Shown piece by piece: positions 9,349-19,063 of a stretch of DNA of 61,862 bases. Location of the stretch: positions 1-61,862 of the IMG/VR virus record IMGVR_UViG_3300042937_000071. The stretch is one strand, 5' to 3'. Position numbers and translations under genes: made by a program. The DNA is from a virus (lineage: Duplodnaviria > Caudoviricetes). Each line of letters begins with the position of its first letter. The stretch's first letter is position 1. The notes under the pieces were generated by a model. The model had not been told where the DNA came from, ran no database searches, and was given only the letters and a program-made list of their open reading frames with translations.

Positions 9349-10446
9349 ATGACATCAATCATCAAAGCAGACGACGGAGTTGTATCCGGCGTCACTGGTG
9401 TAACGACTACATCTGACAACAGCGGAACGCTAGAGTTTCAAGCAACAAGCGGCATTGTTGAAATGGACAATGTTACTGGTGCTTTGGCTATGCCCAAAGG
9501 CACTACTGCACAACGACCAGCATCACCAATTACTGGTCAACAAAGATGGAACACAACAACTTCCTCAATGGAGGTTTATGACGGAACTAATTGGGTTCTA
9601 GTTACTTTAACTTCATACAATTACACGGTAAATTTCCTTGTAATTGCTGGAGGCGGAGGCGGTGGCGCTGTTCGTGGAGGTGGCGGTGGTGCTGGTGGAT
9701 ACAGAACTTCTGCTGGAACATCTGGTGGGGGCGGCTCTGCTGAATCTTCAATTACTGTGGGGGCTGGCACAAGTTATGCAGTCACTGTTGGCGCTGGCGG
9801 TGCTGGCTCAACCTCAGAGAACAATAAAGGAACTAGCGGCTCAAACTCTATATTTAGCACCATAACTTCAACAGGTGGTGGTGGTGGCGGTTCGGCAAAT
9901 AATAGAGAAGGCGTTGCTGGTGGCTCTGGTGGCGGGGTCTCTCAAGTTAATACACTACCAGTCGCCGCAGGTACTGCTGGTCAAGGATACGCTGGAGGTC
10001 TTGGTTTTGACGGTGGTGGTTCAAACGAAGGTGGTGGTGGTGGCGGTGGTGCTGGCAGTGTTGGTGGTAATAGGGCTAACGCTGGAGCGGCGGGCGCTGG
10101 CGGTAGCGGAGTTTCATCAAGCATCACTGGCTCGGCTGTAACTCGCGGAGGCGGTGGCGGTGGTGGTGACAATGGTTACTCACGAGGGCCGGGTGGTTCT
10201 GGCGGTGGTGGTGATGGTGCATCAACTAATGGAGGAACCACCGCTGGTGCCGGAACAGCCAATACTGGCGGCGGAGGCGGCGGAGGCGGTCAAGTATCAA
10301 CTGCACAAGTAAACGGCGCACAAGGTGGTTCTGGCGTTGTGATTATTTCTTATGCTGGCGCACAACGAGGTACTGGCGGAACTGTCACAACATCAGGTGG
10401 TAATACCATTCATACTTTTACTTCATCTGGCACTTACATTGCCTAA
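9349..10446 (+). CDS. Glycine-rich fibre/receptor-binding protein 2
   Basis: Paralogue of 7639-8736. Confidence 0.75.
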   Translation: MTSIIKADDGVVSGVTGVTTTSDNSGTLEFQATSGIVEMDNVTGALAMPKGTTAQRPASPITGQQRWNTTTSSMEVYDGTNWVLVTLTSYNYTVNFLVIAGGGGGGAVRGGGGGAGGYRTSAGTSGGGGSAESSITVGAGTSYAVTVGAGGAGSTSENNKGTSGSNSIFSTITSTGGGGGGSANNREGVAGGSGGGVSQVNTLPVAAGTAGQGYAGGLGFDGGGSNEGGGGGGGAGSVGGNRANAGAAGAGGSGVSSSITGSAVTRGGGGGGGDNGYSRGPGGSGGGGDGASTNGGTTAGAGTANTGGGGGGGGQVSTAQVNGAQGGSGVVIISYAGAQRGTGGTVTTSGGNTIHTFTSSGTYIA

Positions 10447-10471
10447 TCAATCTTTTTAAGGAGCAATCAAC

Positions 10472-10828
10472 ATGGCACATTTTGCAAAAGTAGTCGACGG
10501 TAAAGTCTCTCAAGTCATCGTCGCTGAACCTGAATTCTTCCAAACCTTCGTGGACTCAAGCCCCGGCGAGTGGATTCAGACCTCGTACAACACACATGGT
10601 GGCGTTCACAAGAACGGTGGCACTCCATTGCGTAAGAACTACGCAGGGATCGGCTACACCTACGACCGCACTCGTGATGCGTTCATCCCTCCTCAACCCT
10701 TTGCTTCATGGACTCTCGACGAGCAAACTTGCTTGTGGAATGCACCAGTGGCTATGCCTGCTGATGGCAAGTTCTACAACTGGGATGAGGCTACAACTGC
10801 TTGGGTTGAAGTTCCTGCACAAAAATAA
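10472..10828 (+). CDS. Putative fibre-associated/chaperone protein (MAHFAK family)
   Basis: WIQTSYN, RKNYAGIGYTYD, W-rich C-terminus; usual neighbour of Gly-rich fibre genes. Confidence 0.65.
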   Translation: MAHFAKVVDGKVSQVIVAEPEFFQTFVDSSPGEWIQTSYNTHGGVHKNGGTPLRKNYAGIGYTYDRTRDAFIPPQPFASWTLDEQTCLWNAPVAMPADGKFYNWDEATTAWVEVPAQK

Positions 10829-10844
10829 TTAAGGAGACCGCGTC

Positions 10845-11780
10845 ATGGCGCAAATAATTTCAGGAACCGATGGAACGGTGTTTTCGTCATGGACGACTGC
10901 TGGTCGCCCTGTTTCTCCTTCTGTGGGCCAGCAAGGCTATAACACTACCCTTTCGTCAATGGAGTATTGGAATGGCACTCTTTGGGCGCAATTTGGTCAA
11001 TCATCCGCACCATCAGTAACTTATTTGGTTGTTGCGGGTGGAGGTGGCGGTGGTAGAAAAGGTGGAGGTGGTGGAGCAGGTGGATACCAAACATCTACTT
11101 TAGCCGTTGCATCAGGTTCTGCTTTAACTGTTACTGTTGGGGCAGGTGGCGCAGGCTCCAGTTCAACTGGCGCAAAAGGTGTAAATGGTTCTGATTCTGT
11201 TTTTTCATCAGTAACTTCAACTGGAGGCGGGGGCGGAGGTTCAGACCAAACAAGTTTCCAAAATGGAGCAAATGGTGGTTCTGGAGGTGGTGCGGCTGGT
11301 GGTGGATATTCTCCATCTGGTAGTGGCGGCTCTGGAACTGGAGGTCAAGGAAATGCTGGCGCAGGAAATATTGGAAGTTCTCCATTTAACGGAGGTGGCG
11401 GAGGTGGCGCTGGCGCGGCTGGTTCTACAAACGGCAACGGTGGTAATGGTTCAGCATCTTCTATATCAGGCTCTTCTGTAACTTACGCAGGTGGTGGAGG
11501 TGGCGGTGGAGACACTTCTCCTAGTGGCACTGGTGGAACTGGTGGTGGTGGAGCGGGTGGAGCGGGTGGCGGTGCATCTGTAGCGGGAACGGCTAATACA
11601 GGCGGAGGCGGAGGTGGAGGTGGTAATGCTTCAAATGGCTCTGCTGGAGGCTCTGGAATTGTTATTATTTCCTACGCTTCATCTTACAAACTTGCTACAT
11701 ACACTGGGACTTGCACTCAAACAACCTTTGGTGGAAATTACATCTTCACTTTTACAGGCTCTGGAACAATCACTTTCTAA
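10845..11780 (+). CDS. Glycine-rich fibre/receptor-binding protein 3
   Basis: Paralogue of 7639-8736. Confidence 0.75.
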   Translation: MAQIISGTDGTVFSSWTTAGRPVSPSVGQQGYNTTLSSMEYWNGTLWAQFGQSSAPSVTYLVVAGGGGGGRKGGGGGAGGYQTSTLAVASGSALTVTVGAGGAGSSSTGAKGVNGSDSVFSSVTSTGGGGGGSDQTSFQNGANGGSGGGAAGGGYSPSGSGGSGTGGQGNAGAGNIGSSPFNGGGGGGAGAAGSTNGNGGNGSASSISGSSVTYAGGGGGGGDTSPSGTGGTGGGGAGGAGGGASVAGTANTGGGGGGGGNASNGSAGGSGIVIISYASSYKLATYTGTCTQTTFGGNYIFTFTGSGTITF

Positions 11781-11789
11781 GGATAAAAA

Positions 11790-11936
11790 ATGGAAAAACT
11801 ACAAATTTCCGCACAACTTCTCAATTCACTTATTGGCTATCTAGGCACTCGTCCCTACCAAGAAGTTTTTCAATTGGTAGAGGCATTGCAAGCAGAGGCA
11901 AAGAACCAGCCAGTGGCGGAGAAAGCCGCTGAATAA
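11790..11936 (+). CDS. Small hypothetical protein, 48 aa (MEKLQISAQLLNSLIGYLGTRPYQEV...)
   Basis: Translated by hand; AAGGA RBS; fills the gap; TAATG coupled to next gene. Confidence 0.75.
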   Translation: MEKLQISAQLLNSLIGYLGTRPYQEVFQLVEALQAEAKNQPVAEKAAE

Positions 11937-12151
11937 TGGACGAAGTTCACGAACTTGCCACTGACACTGACAAGCGATTGAGCGTCCACGAGGCGGTCTG
12001 CGCACAGCGTTACGAAGGCATCCAAAATCGCTTTGACGACGGTTCTAAGCGCATGAACAGGATTGAATACCTCTTGTATGGGGTGATTGTGTGCGTGCTG
12101 TTTGGCCCCGGTGTCGCTGGCGAACTTATTAAAAAGGTGTTTGGATTATGA
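11936..12151 (+). CDS. Small membrane protein, possibly lysis-related
   Basis: Coiled segment plus one TM helix, upstream of endolysin. Confidence 0.65.
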   Translation: MDEVHELATDTDKRLSVHEAVCAQRYEGIQNRFDDGSKRMNRIEYLLYGVIVCVLFGPGVAGELIKKVFGL

Positions 12152-12417
12152 ATTGGAGCGATGTACTAAAGGCGGTAATCCCAGTGATCGTGGCGTCACT
12201 TGCTTGGCTGTTAGGGCAGGTCGCTGATTTTTCAACTCGATTGACAAAGATCGAGGGGGCAATGCCAGCCTTGATCACAAAGGAGGGCGTCCCAACAGAC
12301 AGTCCTATTTCTGCGGAGCGTCGCGCAAGTCAAAAAGAACAGTTGATGATGCATATTAACGAATTGCAGGTCAAGGTTCGTCTGCTTGAAGAACGCGAAA
12401 AACTGGGGAAAAAATAA
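12148..12417 (+). CDS. Small membrane-anchored coiled-coil protein
   Basis: N-terminal hydrophobic helix; ATGA overlap. Confidence 0.65.
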   Translation: MNWSDVLKAVIPVIVASLAWLLGQVADFSTRLTKIEGAMPALITKEGVPTDSPISAERRASQKEQLMMHINELQVKVRLLEEREKLGKK

Positions 12418-12914
12418 TGTTTGAAATGCTCGGCGGTGGAATTATTGGCTCTCTGCTTGGTGGTGTGTTCCGCCTTGTTCCTGAAGTCATCAAGTACTTC
12501 GATAAGAAAAATGAGCGCCAGCACGAGTTGGCAATGTTCGACAAGCAGTGCGACCTTGAAAAGGTGCGCGGTCAGATCAGACTTGAAGAGATCGGCGCCC
12601 AGCGTGACATGGCCGTCGATGTCGGCGTCATTGATGCCTTCAAGGCCGCTATCGACCAGCAGACCGAGATGGTCAAGGCCGCAGGGGGCTGGGTGGCCTC
12701 TCTGAGCGCTTCTGTGCGCCCGATGATGACCTACTACCTCCTGCTTCTTTACGGCGTCGCTAAGACCGCCGCAATCGTTTTGGCGTACCTTGCAGGCCAG
12801 CCTATGCTGGAAGTCTTGAAAGAGGCTTGGTCTGTTGACGACATGGCCCTGTTGTCTGGCGTTGTCAACTATTGGATTCTTGATAGGACACTGGCAAAGC
12901 GTGGACTTGCATGA
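12417..12914 (+). CDS. Putative holin
   Basis: Several hydrophobic segments, ASVRP motif, directly upstream of lysozyme. Confidence 0.55.
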   Translation: MFEMLGGGIIGSLLGGVFRLVPEVIKYFDKKNERQHELAMFDKQCDLEKVRGQIRLEEIGAQRDMAVDVGVIDAFKAAIDQQTEMVKAAGGWVASLSASVRPMMTYYLLLLYGVAKTAAIVLAYLAGQPMLEVLKEAWSVDDMALLSGVVNYWILDRTLAKRGLA

Positions 12915-13369
12915 ACTTAGACATCGCGACCGAACTTTGCCGGAGGTTCGAGGGTTATAAGGCTAAACCCTACCTCTGCCCCGCTGGCGTGCCCACGATT
13001 GGGTACGGCTCTACCTTCTACGGTGACGGTCGCAAAGTCACGCTACAAGACCCGCCCATGGATGAACCCACGGCGCGGGCTTTGCTCGTTTCTGAACTGA
13101 TGCATCGATATGCCCCCGGGACGATTCGGCAGTGCCCGATTCTCCTGACAATTGCTATGCAGACAAATGATTGGGGCAAACTGAATGCCATTGTGGATTT
13201 TGCGTACAACCTTGGTGTCGGCAGGTTACAGACCAGTACGCTCAAGCGCAAAATCAATGAACAAGATTGGGAAGGTGCCAAAGAGCAGTTGATGCTTTGG
13301 ACTAGGGGAGGTGGCAAAGTTTTGCCGGGCCTCGTGAAACGCCGTCAGGCGGAGTGCGCTGTGATGTAA
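12911..13369 (+). CDS. Endolysin, GH24 phage lysozyme
   Basis: FEG...YLCPAGVPTIGYGST catalytic pattern; GLVKRRQAE. Confidence 0.93.
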   Translation: MNLDIATELCRRFEGYKAKPYLCPAGVPTIGYGSTFYGDGRKVTLQDPPMDEPTARALLVSELMHRYAPGTIRQCPILLTIAMQTNDWGKLNAIVDFAYNLGVGRLQTSTLKRKINEQDWEGAKEQLMLWTRGGGKVLPGLVKRRQAECAVM

Positions 13370-13375
13370 ATAGCG

Positions 13376-13404
13376 TTGTCAATATGGAAGCCGAGGTTTA
13401 CAAT
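13376..13404 (+). promoter_or_regulatory. Possible sigma70 promoter
   Basis: TTGTCA-N17-TACAAT. Confidence 0.4.
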
Positions 13405-13576
13405 GAAAGATAAGCCCGTATGGGAAAAGAAGCGCCCAAAATCGCTGGGGAAGCCGAAGGAGTTGAGTCCTAATCAAAAAAAAGCCGCGAAGGCTTTTGC
13501 CCAGAAAACAGGAACAAAATACCCATCGCTCGTCGCGAATATGGCAGGTGCTAAAGCCAAGAAAGGTGGTTGGTAA
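13403..13576 (+). CDS. Small basic protein ending KKGGW
   Basis: GAGG RBS; TAATG coupling to next gene. Confidence 0.65.
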   Translation: MKDKPVWEKKRPKSLGKPKELSPNQKKAAKAFAQKTGTKYPSLVANMAGAKAKKGGW

Positions 13577-14205
13577 TGGCCGTCGTGATGACATACAACT
13601 CGCTCGTAACAGACATCCAGCAATATCTGGAGCGTACTGACGCCGAGACGATTGCCAAGATTCCTACCTTCATCATGTTGGCGGAGCAGGTTATCGCCGC
13701 AGAGATCAAGTTTCTCGGCAACCTGACGGTGAACACCAGCAACATGGTGCAGAGCCAGCCTGTCATCGAAAAGCCCGCCCGGTGGCATAAGACCGTGTCA
13801 ATGAATGTGACTGTCGCAGGTGTTAGACAGCCCATTCTCTTGAGAAAATACGAATACCTGCGCGAGTACTGGCCCAACCAAACCTTGGAAGGCGTCCCGG
13901 CTTACTACGCAGACTATGACTACACCCACTGGCTTGTTGCTCCGACCCCTGCGTCGGCGTACTCCTTTGAGGTTCTCTATTACGAGCGCGTCCAGCCTCT
14001 GGATGTGTCCAATCAAACCAACTGGTTCACCCAGTACGCACCCCAAGCATTGCTCTACGGCTCCCTGTTGCAGGCCATGCCGTACCTCAAGAACGACGAG
14101 CGCATTGCTATGTGGCAGGCTCAGTACGACGGCATCATGAAGGTGCTGAAGACTGAAGACATCCAGCGTATTGGAGACCGACAAGCGGCGGTACTTGACA
14201 CATGA
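13576..14205 (+). CDS. Putative head-tail adaptor protein
   Basis: IPTFIMLAE, APTP and LLYGSLLQA patterns of podoviral adaptors. Confidence 0.65.
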   Translation: MAVVMTYNSLVTDIQQYLERTDAETIAKIPTFIMLAEQVIAAEIKFLGNLTVNTSNMVQSQPVIEKPARWHKTVSMNVTVAGVRQPILLRKYEYLREYWPNQTLEGVPAYYADYDYTHWLVAPTPASAYSFEVLYYERVQPLDVSNQTNWFTQYAPQALLYGSLLQAMPYLKNDERIAMWQAQYDGIMKVLKTEDIQRIGDRQAAVLDT

Positions 14206-15440
14206 GTTATGTTTCCCCATTCACGGGCGATGTCATACAGCCCACCGATGTCTCGTACCGGACGGTAGCACTGTCGGCCAATACTCAACTGAATTGGCCT
14301 TCTAACAGCACCACCGCAACCGACTTCATCGCTCGAATCATGCAGGTCAACGCCTCATCGGCTGGCTTGCAATTGCGCGTGCCTGCCGCAAACGAAGCGT
14401 CGGTCGGTGAAGACTCGCTGATCCGAAATGTTGGCTCAAACTCGTTTACTGTTACAACCTTCGGTGGTGCGTCTACGATCATCACGGTTGCGCCGGGTGA
14501 AGCCAAGTACATCTACATCACTGACAACAGCACGGTCGCTGGTGTATGGGGCAACATCGCTTTTGGTGCAGGCTCTTCGTCTGCTGATGCGGCAACGCTT
14601 GCCGGGTATGGCTTGCTTGCAATCAGCACCACGCTAAATCAAAGCCACCCGACCTCGGCTCTGACCAACGGTTATACATATCTTGCCGCAGACCGCGCCC
14701 AAACCAAAATTTGGTCAAGCGGTTCTGGCACTTCTACACTACCTCTTGCATCGTCATTGGGTGATAACTGGTTCACGCTATTTAAGAACAACGGCACTGG
14801 AACCATGACCATTGGGACGACATCGTCCGAATTGATTGATGGCCTGACCACAAAGACATTCCAGCCCGGCGATGCCGCGTTCATCATTTGTACTGGGTCT
14901 ACCTATGTGACTGTAGGCTATGGCGCCAACACGACCTTTGCGTTTACTGCATTGGTCAAGCCTGTAGTCTCTGGAACTTATACGCTGACAACCAGCGAAG
15001 CGCAGAATGTGATCCAAGAATATGTTGGATCGCTCTCTGGCAATGTAATTGTGGTGTTCCCACAGGTGGTGACCTTGTATGTGATCTCAAACCAGACCAC
15101 AGACAACGGCTTCACGCTAACAATTAAGACCAGCGCGGCAGGCGCGTCGACCACAACAATTCCTCCGGGCCAGCAAGCAACGCTAGTGTGCGACGGCGTG
15201 AACTTCTTCAACGCCAATACCGTGCAGGCTGGTGCAACATCTTTGAACCTAATTAACGGTACGGTCGGAACTCCGGCTATTAACTTTGCCGCCGAAACAA
15301 ATTCGGGTATGTATCGTCCCGGTATCGGTCAGGTTGCTTTTGCAATTTTAGGAAGCCAGATTCTCAACATCTTGGCTACTGGTATCTCTGTCACTGGTGA
15401 AGGCAAATTTAGCGGTGGCGTTAAAGGCGGGACATTCTGA
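14202..15440 (+). CDS. Tail structural protein, ends GGTF
   Basis: 412 aa beta-rich ORF between adaptor and nozzle genes. Confidence 0.7.
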   Translation: MSYVSPFTGDVIQPTDVSYRTVALSANTQLNWPSNSTTATDFIARIMQVNASSAGLQLRVPAANEASVGEDSLIRNVGSNSFTVTTFGGASTIITVAPGEAKYIYITDNSTVAGVWGNIAFGAGSSSADAATLAGYGLLAISTTLNQSHPTSALTNGYTYLAADRAQTKIWSSGSGTSTLPLASSLGDNWFTLFKNNGTGTMTIGTTSSELIDGLTTKTFQPGDAAFIICTGSTYVTVGYGANTTFAFTALVKPVVSGTYTLTTSEAQNVIQEYVGSLSGNVIVVFPQVVTLYVISNQTTDNGFTLTIKTSAAGASTTTIPPGQQATLVCDGVNFFNANTVQAGATSLNLINGTVGTPAINFAAETNSGMYRPGIGQVAFAILGSQILNILATGISVTGEGKFSGGVKGGTF

Positions 15441-17431
15441 TGACACAAAAAGTCTTTGCTCTTGACACCAAGCCGGGCATCCAGCGCGACGGTACTATCT
15501 TCGACAAGGAGTTCTACAACGACGGTCGCTGGGTTCGTTTCCAGCGTGGCCGTCCTCGCAAGATTGCCGGGTATCGCGAGATTGTCAACGACATGGCTGG
15601 CCCATCTCGTGGCATCTATGTGATCCCTGAGAACAATTTCAATAACATCTACAACGGTTATTCTGATGGCCTGCAATTAATCCCAATCAACAATGTGGGT
15701 ATCGGCTCCGGTGTTACTGATCTGACGCTTTCTGACTTCACGCCAAGCCAATACAACCTGTGGCAGTTTGACTCTTTGTTTGACACCTCTGGTGGCGGCG
15801 ATGAATTGATTGTTGTTCATCCCGGACAGAATTTGTTGTTGATTGATAGTTCTACAAATACTCCGGTGCTTTCTGGCTCGACCTCTGGCACAACCTTCTC
15901 GGCAATCGGCGTCTTCACTGTTGCCGCAACACTAAATTCAACTGCCACGGTAACGGTAGCAAATACCAGTCTGTTGGCCGCAGGTCAATCTGTGACCGGA
16001 ACAGGGATACCTGCTAACACAACGATTGATTCAGTCACCAATACAACAACTTTTGTGTTGAGCGCCCCTGCAACGATTACTGGTGCCTCTACGCTAACCA
16101 TTGACAACAATGTGGATGTCTCTGGTGGTGTGGTGGTGTTGCACCCATATGTCTTTGTGTACGGAAACAATGGACTGATTCGCAACTGCGCCGCAGGCAA
16201 TCCAAACGATTGGGTCTCCGCTGACTCCAACGAGACCAATGTGGCCTCTACCAAGATTGTCAAGGGCTTGCCAGTGCGAGGCGGCTCGAACGCCCCGTCC
16301 GGTTTGTTTTGGTCTTTAGACTCATTGATCCGTGTGTCGTACAACCCGACCACCATCACGGTGGGTGGCACGCCTCAAACTTTCTTCTGGCGCTATGACA
16401 TCATCTCTTCTCAGTCTTCTATTCTGTCAAGCCAGTCTGTAATTGAGTATGACGGTATCTACTACTGGGCTGGTGTTGACCGCTTCTTGCTTTACAACGG
16501 TGTTGTAAAAGAGATTCCAAACACATTCAATCAGAACTACTTTTTTGACAACCTGAACTACGATCAGCGTCAGAAGGTCTATGCAACCAAGGTTCCTCGC
16601 TTTGGTGAAATCTGGTGGTTCTTTCCGTCTGGCAATTCAACCGAATGCAATGATTGCGTGATCTACAACATCCGCGAAAACTGCTGGTATGACCTTGGTG
16701 AAGCCTTGGGCGCCCGTCGCTCTGCCGGGTTTTTCTCTCAAGTGTTTCACTACCCCATCAATGGTGGATGGGAGACCAACAGCGTTGGTGGCGTCAATGC
16801 GTTCACCTTGACTTCTGGCGGAACTTTGTACACCAACGGCACCTATCTTGCTCAACCATTGACTGGCGGTACAGGAACTGGAGCAACGGCTGACATCACA
16901 GTTGCTGGCGGTATTGTGACTTCTGTCGTGATTGTGAACCGTGGACAGAACTACACCGTGGGCAATATTCTGTCTGCATCTATTCCGGTGGGTTCTGGCT
17001 TTCAGATCACGGTCAATACCTTGATGAACTTTGTAAGTCTCTGGCAACACGAGATTGGTACTGACGCCGTGCAGGGCGCGACATCAAACGCCATTGAGTC
17101 TTACTTTGAGACCAATGACCTTGGCTGGGTATCTGGTGGCCCATCGCAACCGTCTCCTGTTGGTGAGAACCGTTGGCTTCGCATTGAGCGCGTCGAGCCT
17201 GACTTTTTGCAGACCGGGAATATGGAGTTGTACATCACTGGTCGTCCTTTTGCTCAGTCAACTGACGAGACATCTACGGCATATGTCTTTGCGCCCAGCA
17301 CCAATAAAATTGACATGAAAGAACAGCGTCGTGAACTTCGTGTGAAGTTTGTCAGCAATGTGGCTGGCGGCGACTATCAACTCGGCAAGGTCTTGCTGAA
17401 TGCGACTATCGGAGATGTCCGTGGCTACTAA
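15440..17431 (+). CDS. Putative tail nozzle/DNA-stabilisation protein (beta-propeller type)
   Basis: N-terminal KPGIQRDGT...WVRFQRG, EIWWFFPS; size and position. Confidence 0.65.
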   Translation: MTQKVFALDTKPGIQRDGTIFDKEFYNDGRWVRFQRGRPRKIAGYREIVNDMAGPSRGIYVIPENNFNNIYNGYSDGLQLIPINNVGIGSGVTDLTLSDFTPSQYNLWQFDSLFDTSGGGDELIVVHPGQNLLLIDSSTNTPVLSGSTSGTTFSAIGVFTVAATLNSTATVTVANTSLLAAGQSVTGTGIPANTTIDSVTNTTTFVLSAPATITGASTLTIDNNVDVSGGVVVLHPYVFVYGNNGLIRNCAAGNPNDWVSADSNETNVASTKIVKGLPVRGGSNAPSGLFWSLDSLIRVSYNPTTITVGGTPQTFFWRYDIISSQSSILSSQSVIEYDGIYYWAGVDRFLLYNGVVKEIPNTFNQNYFFDNLNYDQRQKVYATKVPRFGEIWWFFPSGNSTECNDCVIYNIRENCWYDLGEALGARRSAGFFSQVFHYPINGGWETNSVGGVNAFTLTSGGTLYTNGTYLAQPLTGGTGTGATADITVAGGIVTSVVIVNRGQNYTVGNILSASIPVGSGFQITVNTLMNFVSLWQHEIGTDAVQGATSNAIESYFETNDLGWVSGGPSQPSPVGENRWLRIERVEPDFLQTGNMELYITGRPFAQSTDETSTAYVFAPSTNKIDMKEQRRELRVKFVSNVAGGDYQLGKVLLNATIGDVRGY

Positions 17432-17666
17432 TCAGTCGCTTCTCTATGACCCCCGATACCAAACATTTGAGGACTGGGCATCCCTCATGTGTGAGCAGTA
17501 CGCGGCTCAACAACTCTCTATTCCATCATCCGGCACAGACTGGAAGGTTTGGGGGGCTGGGCTGTTGGCAATTGATGTCTTTACAAACGAAGCGGCTCCT
17601 GATCCTTACCTGTACGATGATTGGAAAGATTGGGCGGCGGCTCTTTTAGCGGCGATGAATCCATGA
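17415..17666 (+). CDS. Small Trp-rich hypothetical protein
   Basis: Overlaps both flanking genes; start could be GTG 17421. Confidence 0.7.
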   Translation: MSVATNQSLLYDPRYQTFEDWASLMCEQYAAQQLSIPSSGTDWKVWGAGLLAIDVFTNEAAPDPYLYDDWKDWAAALLAAMNP

Positions 17667-17950
17667 TAAATTTTATTGAACTGTTCAACATGGTTTCGCA
17701 AGTGTCTCGTCCGGCTCACGCCAAAGAGGCTCCTGCGACATCCATGGAAGACAAATTGGCGGACATAGGAATTGATAGCCTTGATGGCTTGATCATGACG
17801 ATGTACTTTTGCGAACTCTACGGAATTCCAGAAGACGACGAAACCAAAGAGTGGCATCCGACCTCCGTTCAGGAGGTTTTCGATTATCTGATCAAGCGTA
17901 AAACGCAAGAGCCAGAATCAATCGAAGCGGCGAAAGAGGCGATCAAATGA
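17663..17950 (+). CDS. Acyl carrier protein
   Basis: 95 aa acidic helical protein with LADIGIDSLD phosphopantetheinylation motif; ATGA overlaps on both sides. Confidence 0.85.
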   Translation: MINFIELFNMVSQVSRPAHAKEAPATSMEDKLADIGIDSLDGLIMTMYFCELYGIPEDDETKEWHPTSVQEVFDYLIKRKTQEPESIEAAKEAIK

Positions 17951-19062
17951 TCTACCTCACCCACTACCGCACAGCGGCCACATCCAATGTGGAACTCTTT
18001 GAGGACATTGTGTTTCCCCAGAGGGTTCACTGGTTCCCTGAGACCTACAACCGCACGCAGACTGGGATGTTCTATGTTCCGCACAAATTGGCCGAGAAGG
18101 TGCTGGACGCCGATCTCATCAAGTATCTGCGCGAGAACCAAGTCGGCAAGACGGCGTTCATCCTTGCTGGTGGCAACGCACACTTTGCTGGTATCGGCCA
18201 AAGGGCATACAACAGCCGCCTGACCTATACCTACAAATTCCTGCCCTTCACGCTGACTCAAGTCTACGCTGGCCGTACCGCTCAGTCTTTTGGTGACATG
18301 GACTTAGTAACCACTGATGCATCGGCCTGCGCCAGCAGTCTAAAAGTGATGATGGATGTCGAGGTGCTGATGAAGCACTACGGCTTTGAGCGCGTTATTG
18401 TCCTGACGGTTGAAGACGGCGTGTCAAACGCTGTGTTGGAGTTCTTTGGTGAGTCCCGGGCTGTTTTAACGGCCAAGGAAGAGACCGAGACCGGGGTCAA
18501 TCCTTCGGCATTCGATAGCAAGAATCGCGGCTTCTATGTGGGTCAGGGCGCCGCCCTAGCGGTCTTTGAGAGCGAGTGGGCCGTCAACAAACTAAACCGC
18601 GACCCCCTAGCCCGTCTTGTGGGGGCCTATAGCGCCTCTGAAGCGTCTACCAATGCGATTGGGCAGTGTGAGGACGGCCAAGGCTTTACGAAGGCTATAG
18701 AGGGCACCTTGCGCTACAGCGGAGCATTGCGTCAGGACATCAAGATTGTCAAAGCGCATGGCACCGGAACCGAGTCAAACAATAAAGCAGAGAAGGCCGC
18801 GATCATGAGTGCGGGCCTATCAGATTTCGTTGTGACCTCTTACAAACAAAAAATAGGTCACACAATGGGTTCCTCTGGACTGCTGGAATCATTATTATTG
18901 CTGGAGGATATAAAAAAGGGATTCGTTCCTCCAATCGAAAATCGAACCGAATCCGATTCGGTTTTCTTGTCGGAACCAACGAAGCCACCAAAAGGGCTGG
19001 TGCTGAGTCTGGCGGCTGGGATGGGAAACATCTACAGCGCCGCAATATTTGAGGGGCTATGA
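17947..19062 (+). CDS. Beta-ketoacyl-ACP synthase (FabF/FabB-like)
   Basis: Cys-His-His triad motifs SACASS, KAHGTGT, KQKIGHTMGSSG; GFYVGQGAA. Confidence 0.92.
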   Translation: MIYLTHYRTAATSNVELFEDIVFPQRVHWFPETYNRTQTGMFYVPHKLAEKVLDADLIKYLRENQVGKTAFILAGGNAHFAGIGQRAYNSRLTYTYKFLPFTLTQVYAGRTAQSFGDMDLVTTDASACASSLKVMMDVEVLMKHYGFERVIVLTVEDGVSNAVLEFFGESRAVLTAKEETETGVNPSAFDSKNRGFYVGQGAALAVFESEWAVNKLNRDPLARLVGAYSASEASTNAIGQCEDGQGFTKAIEGTLRYSGALRQDIKIVKAHGTGTESNNKAEKAAIMSAGLSDFVVTSYKQKIGHTMGSSGLLESLLLLEDIKKGFVPPIENRTESDSVFLSEPTKPPKGLVLSLAAGMGNIYSAAIFEGL

Positions 19063-19063
19063 A

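Noticed and set aside
7639-11780. Diversity-generating retroelement template/variable repeats
   Set aside because: No reverse transcriptase seen and paralogue differences are not adenine-specific
17947-19062. Host fabF fragment from contamination or a prophage flank
   Set aside because: Translationally coupled to phage genes on both sides, same site avoidance, no other host genes; no gene symbol assigned
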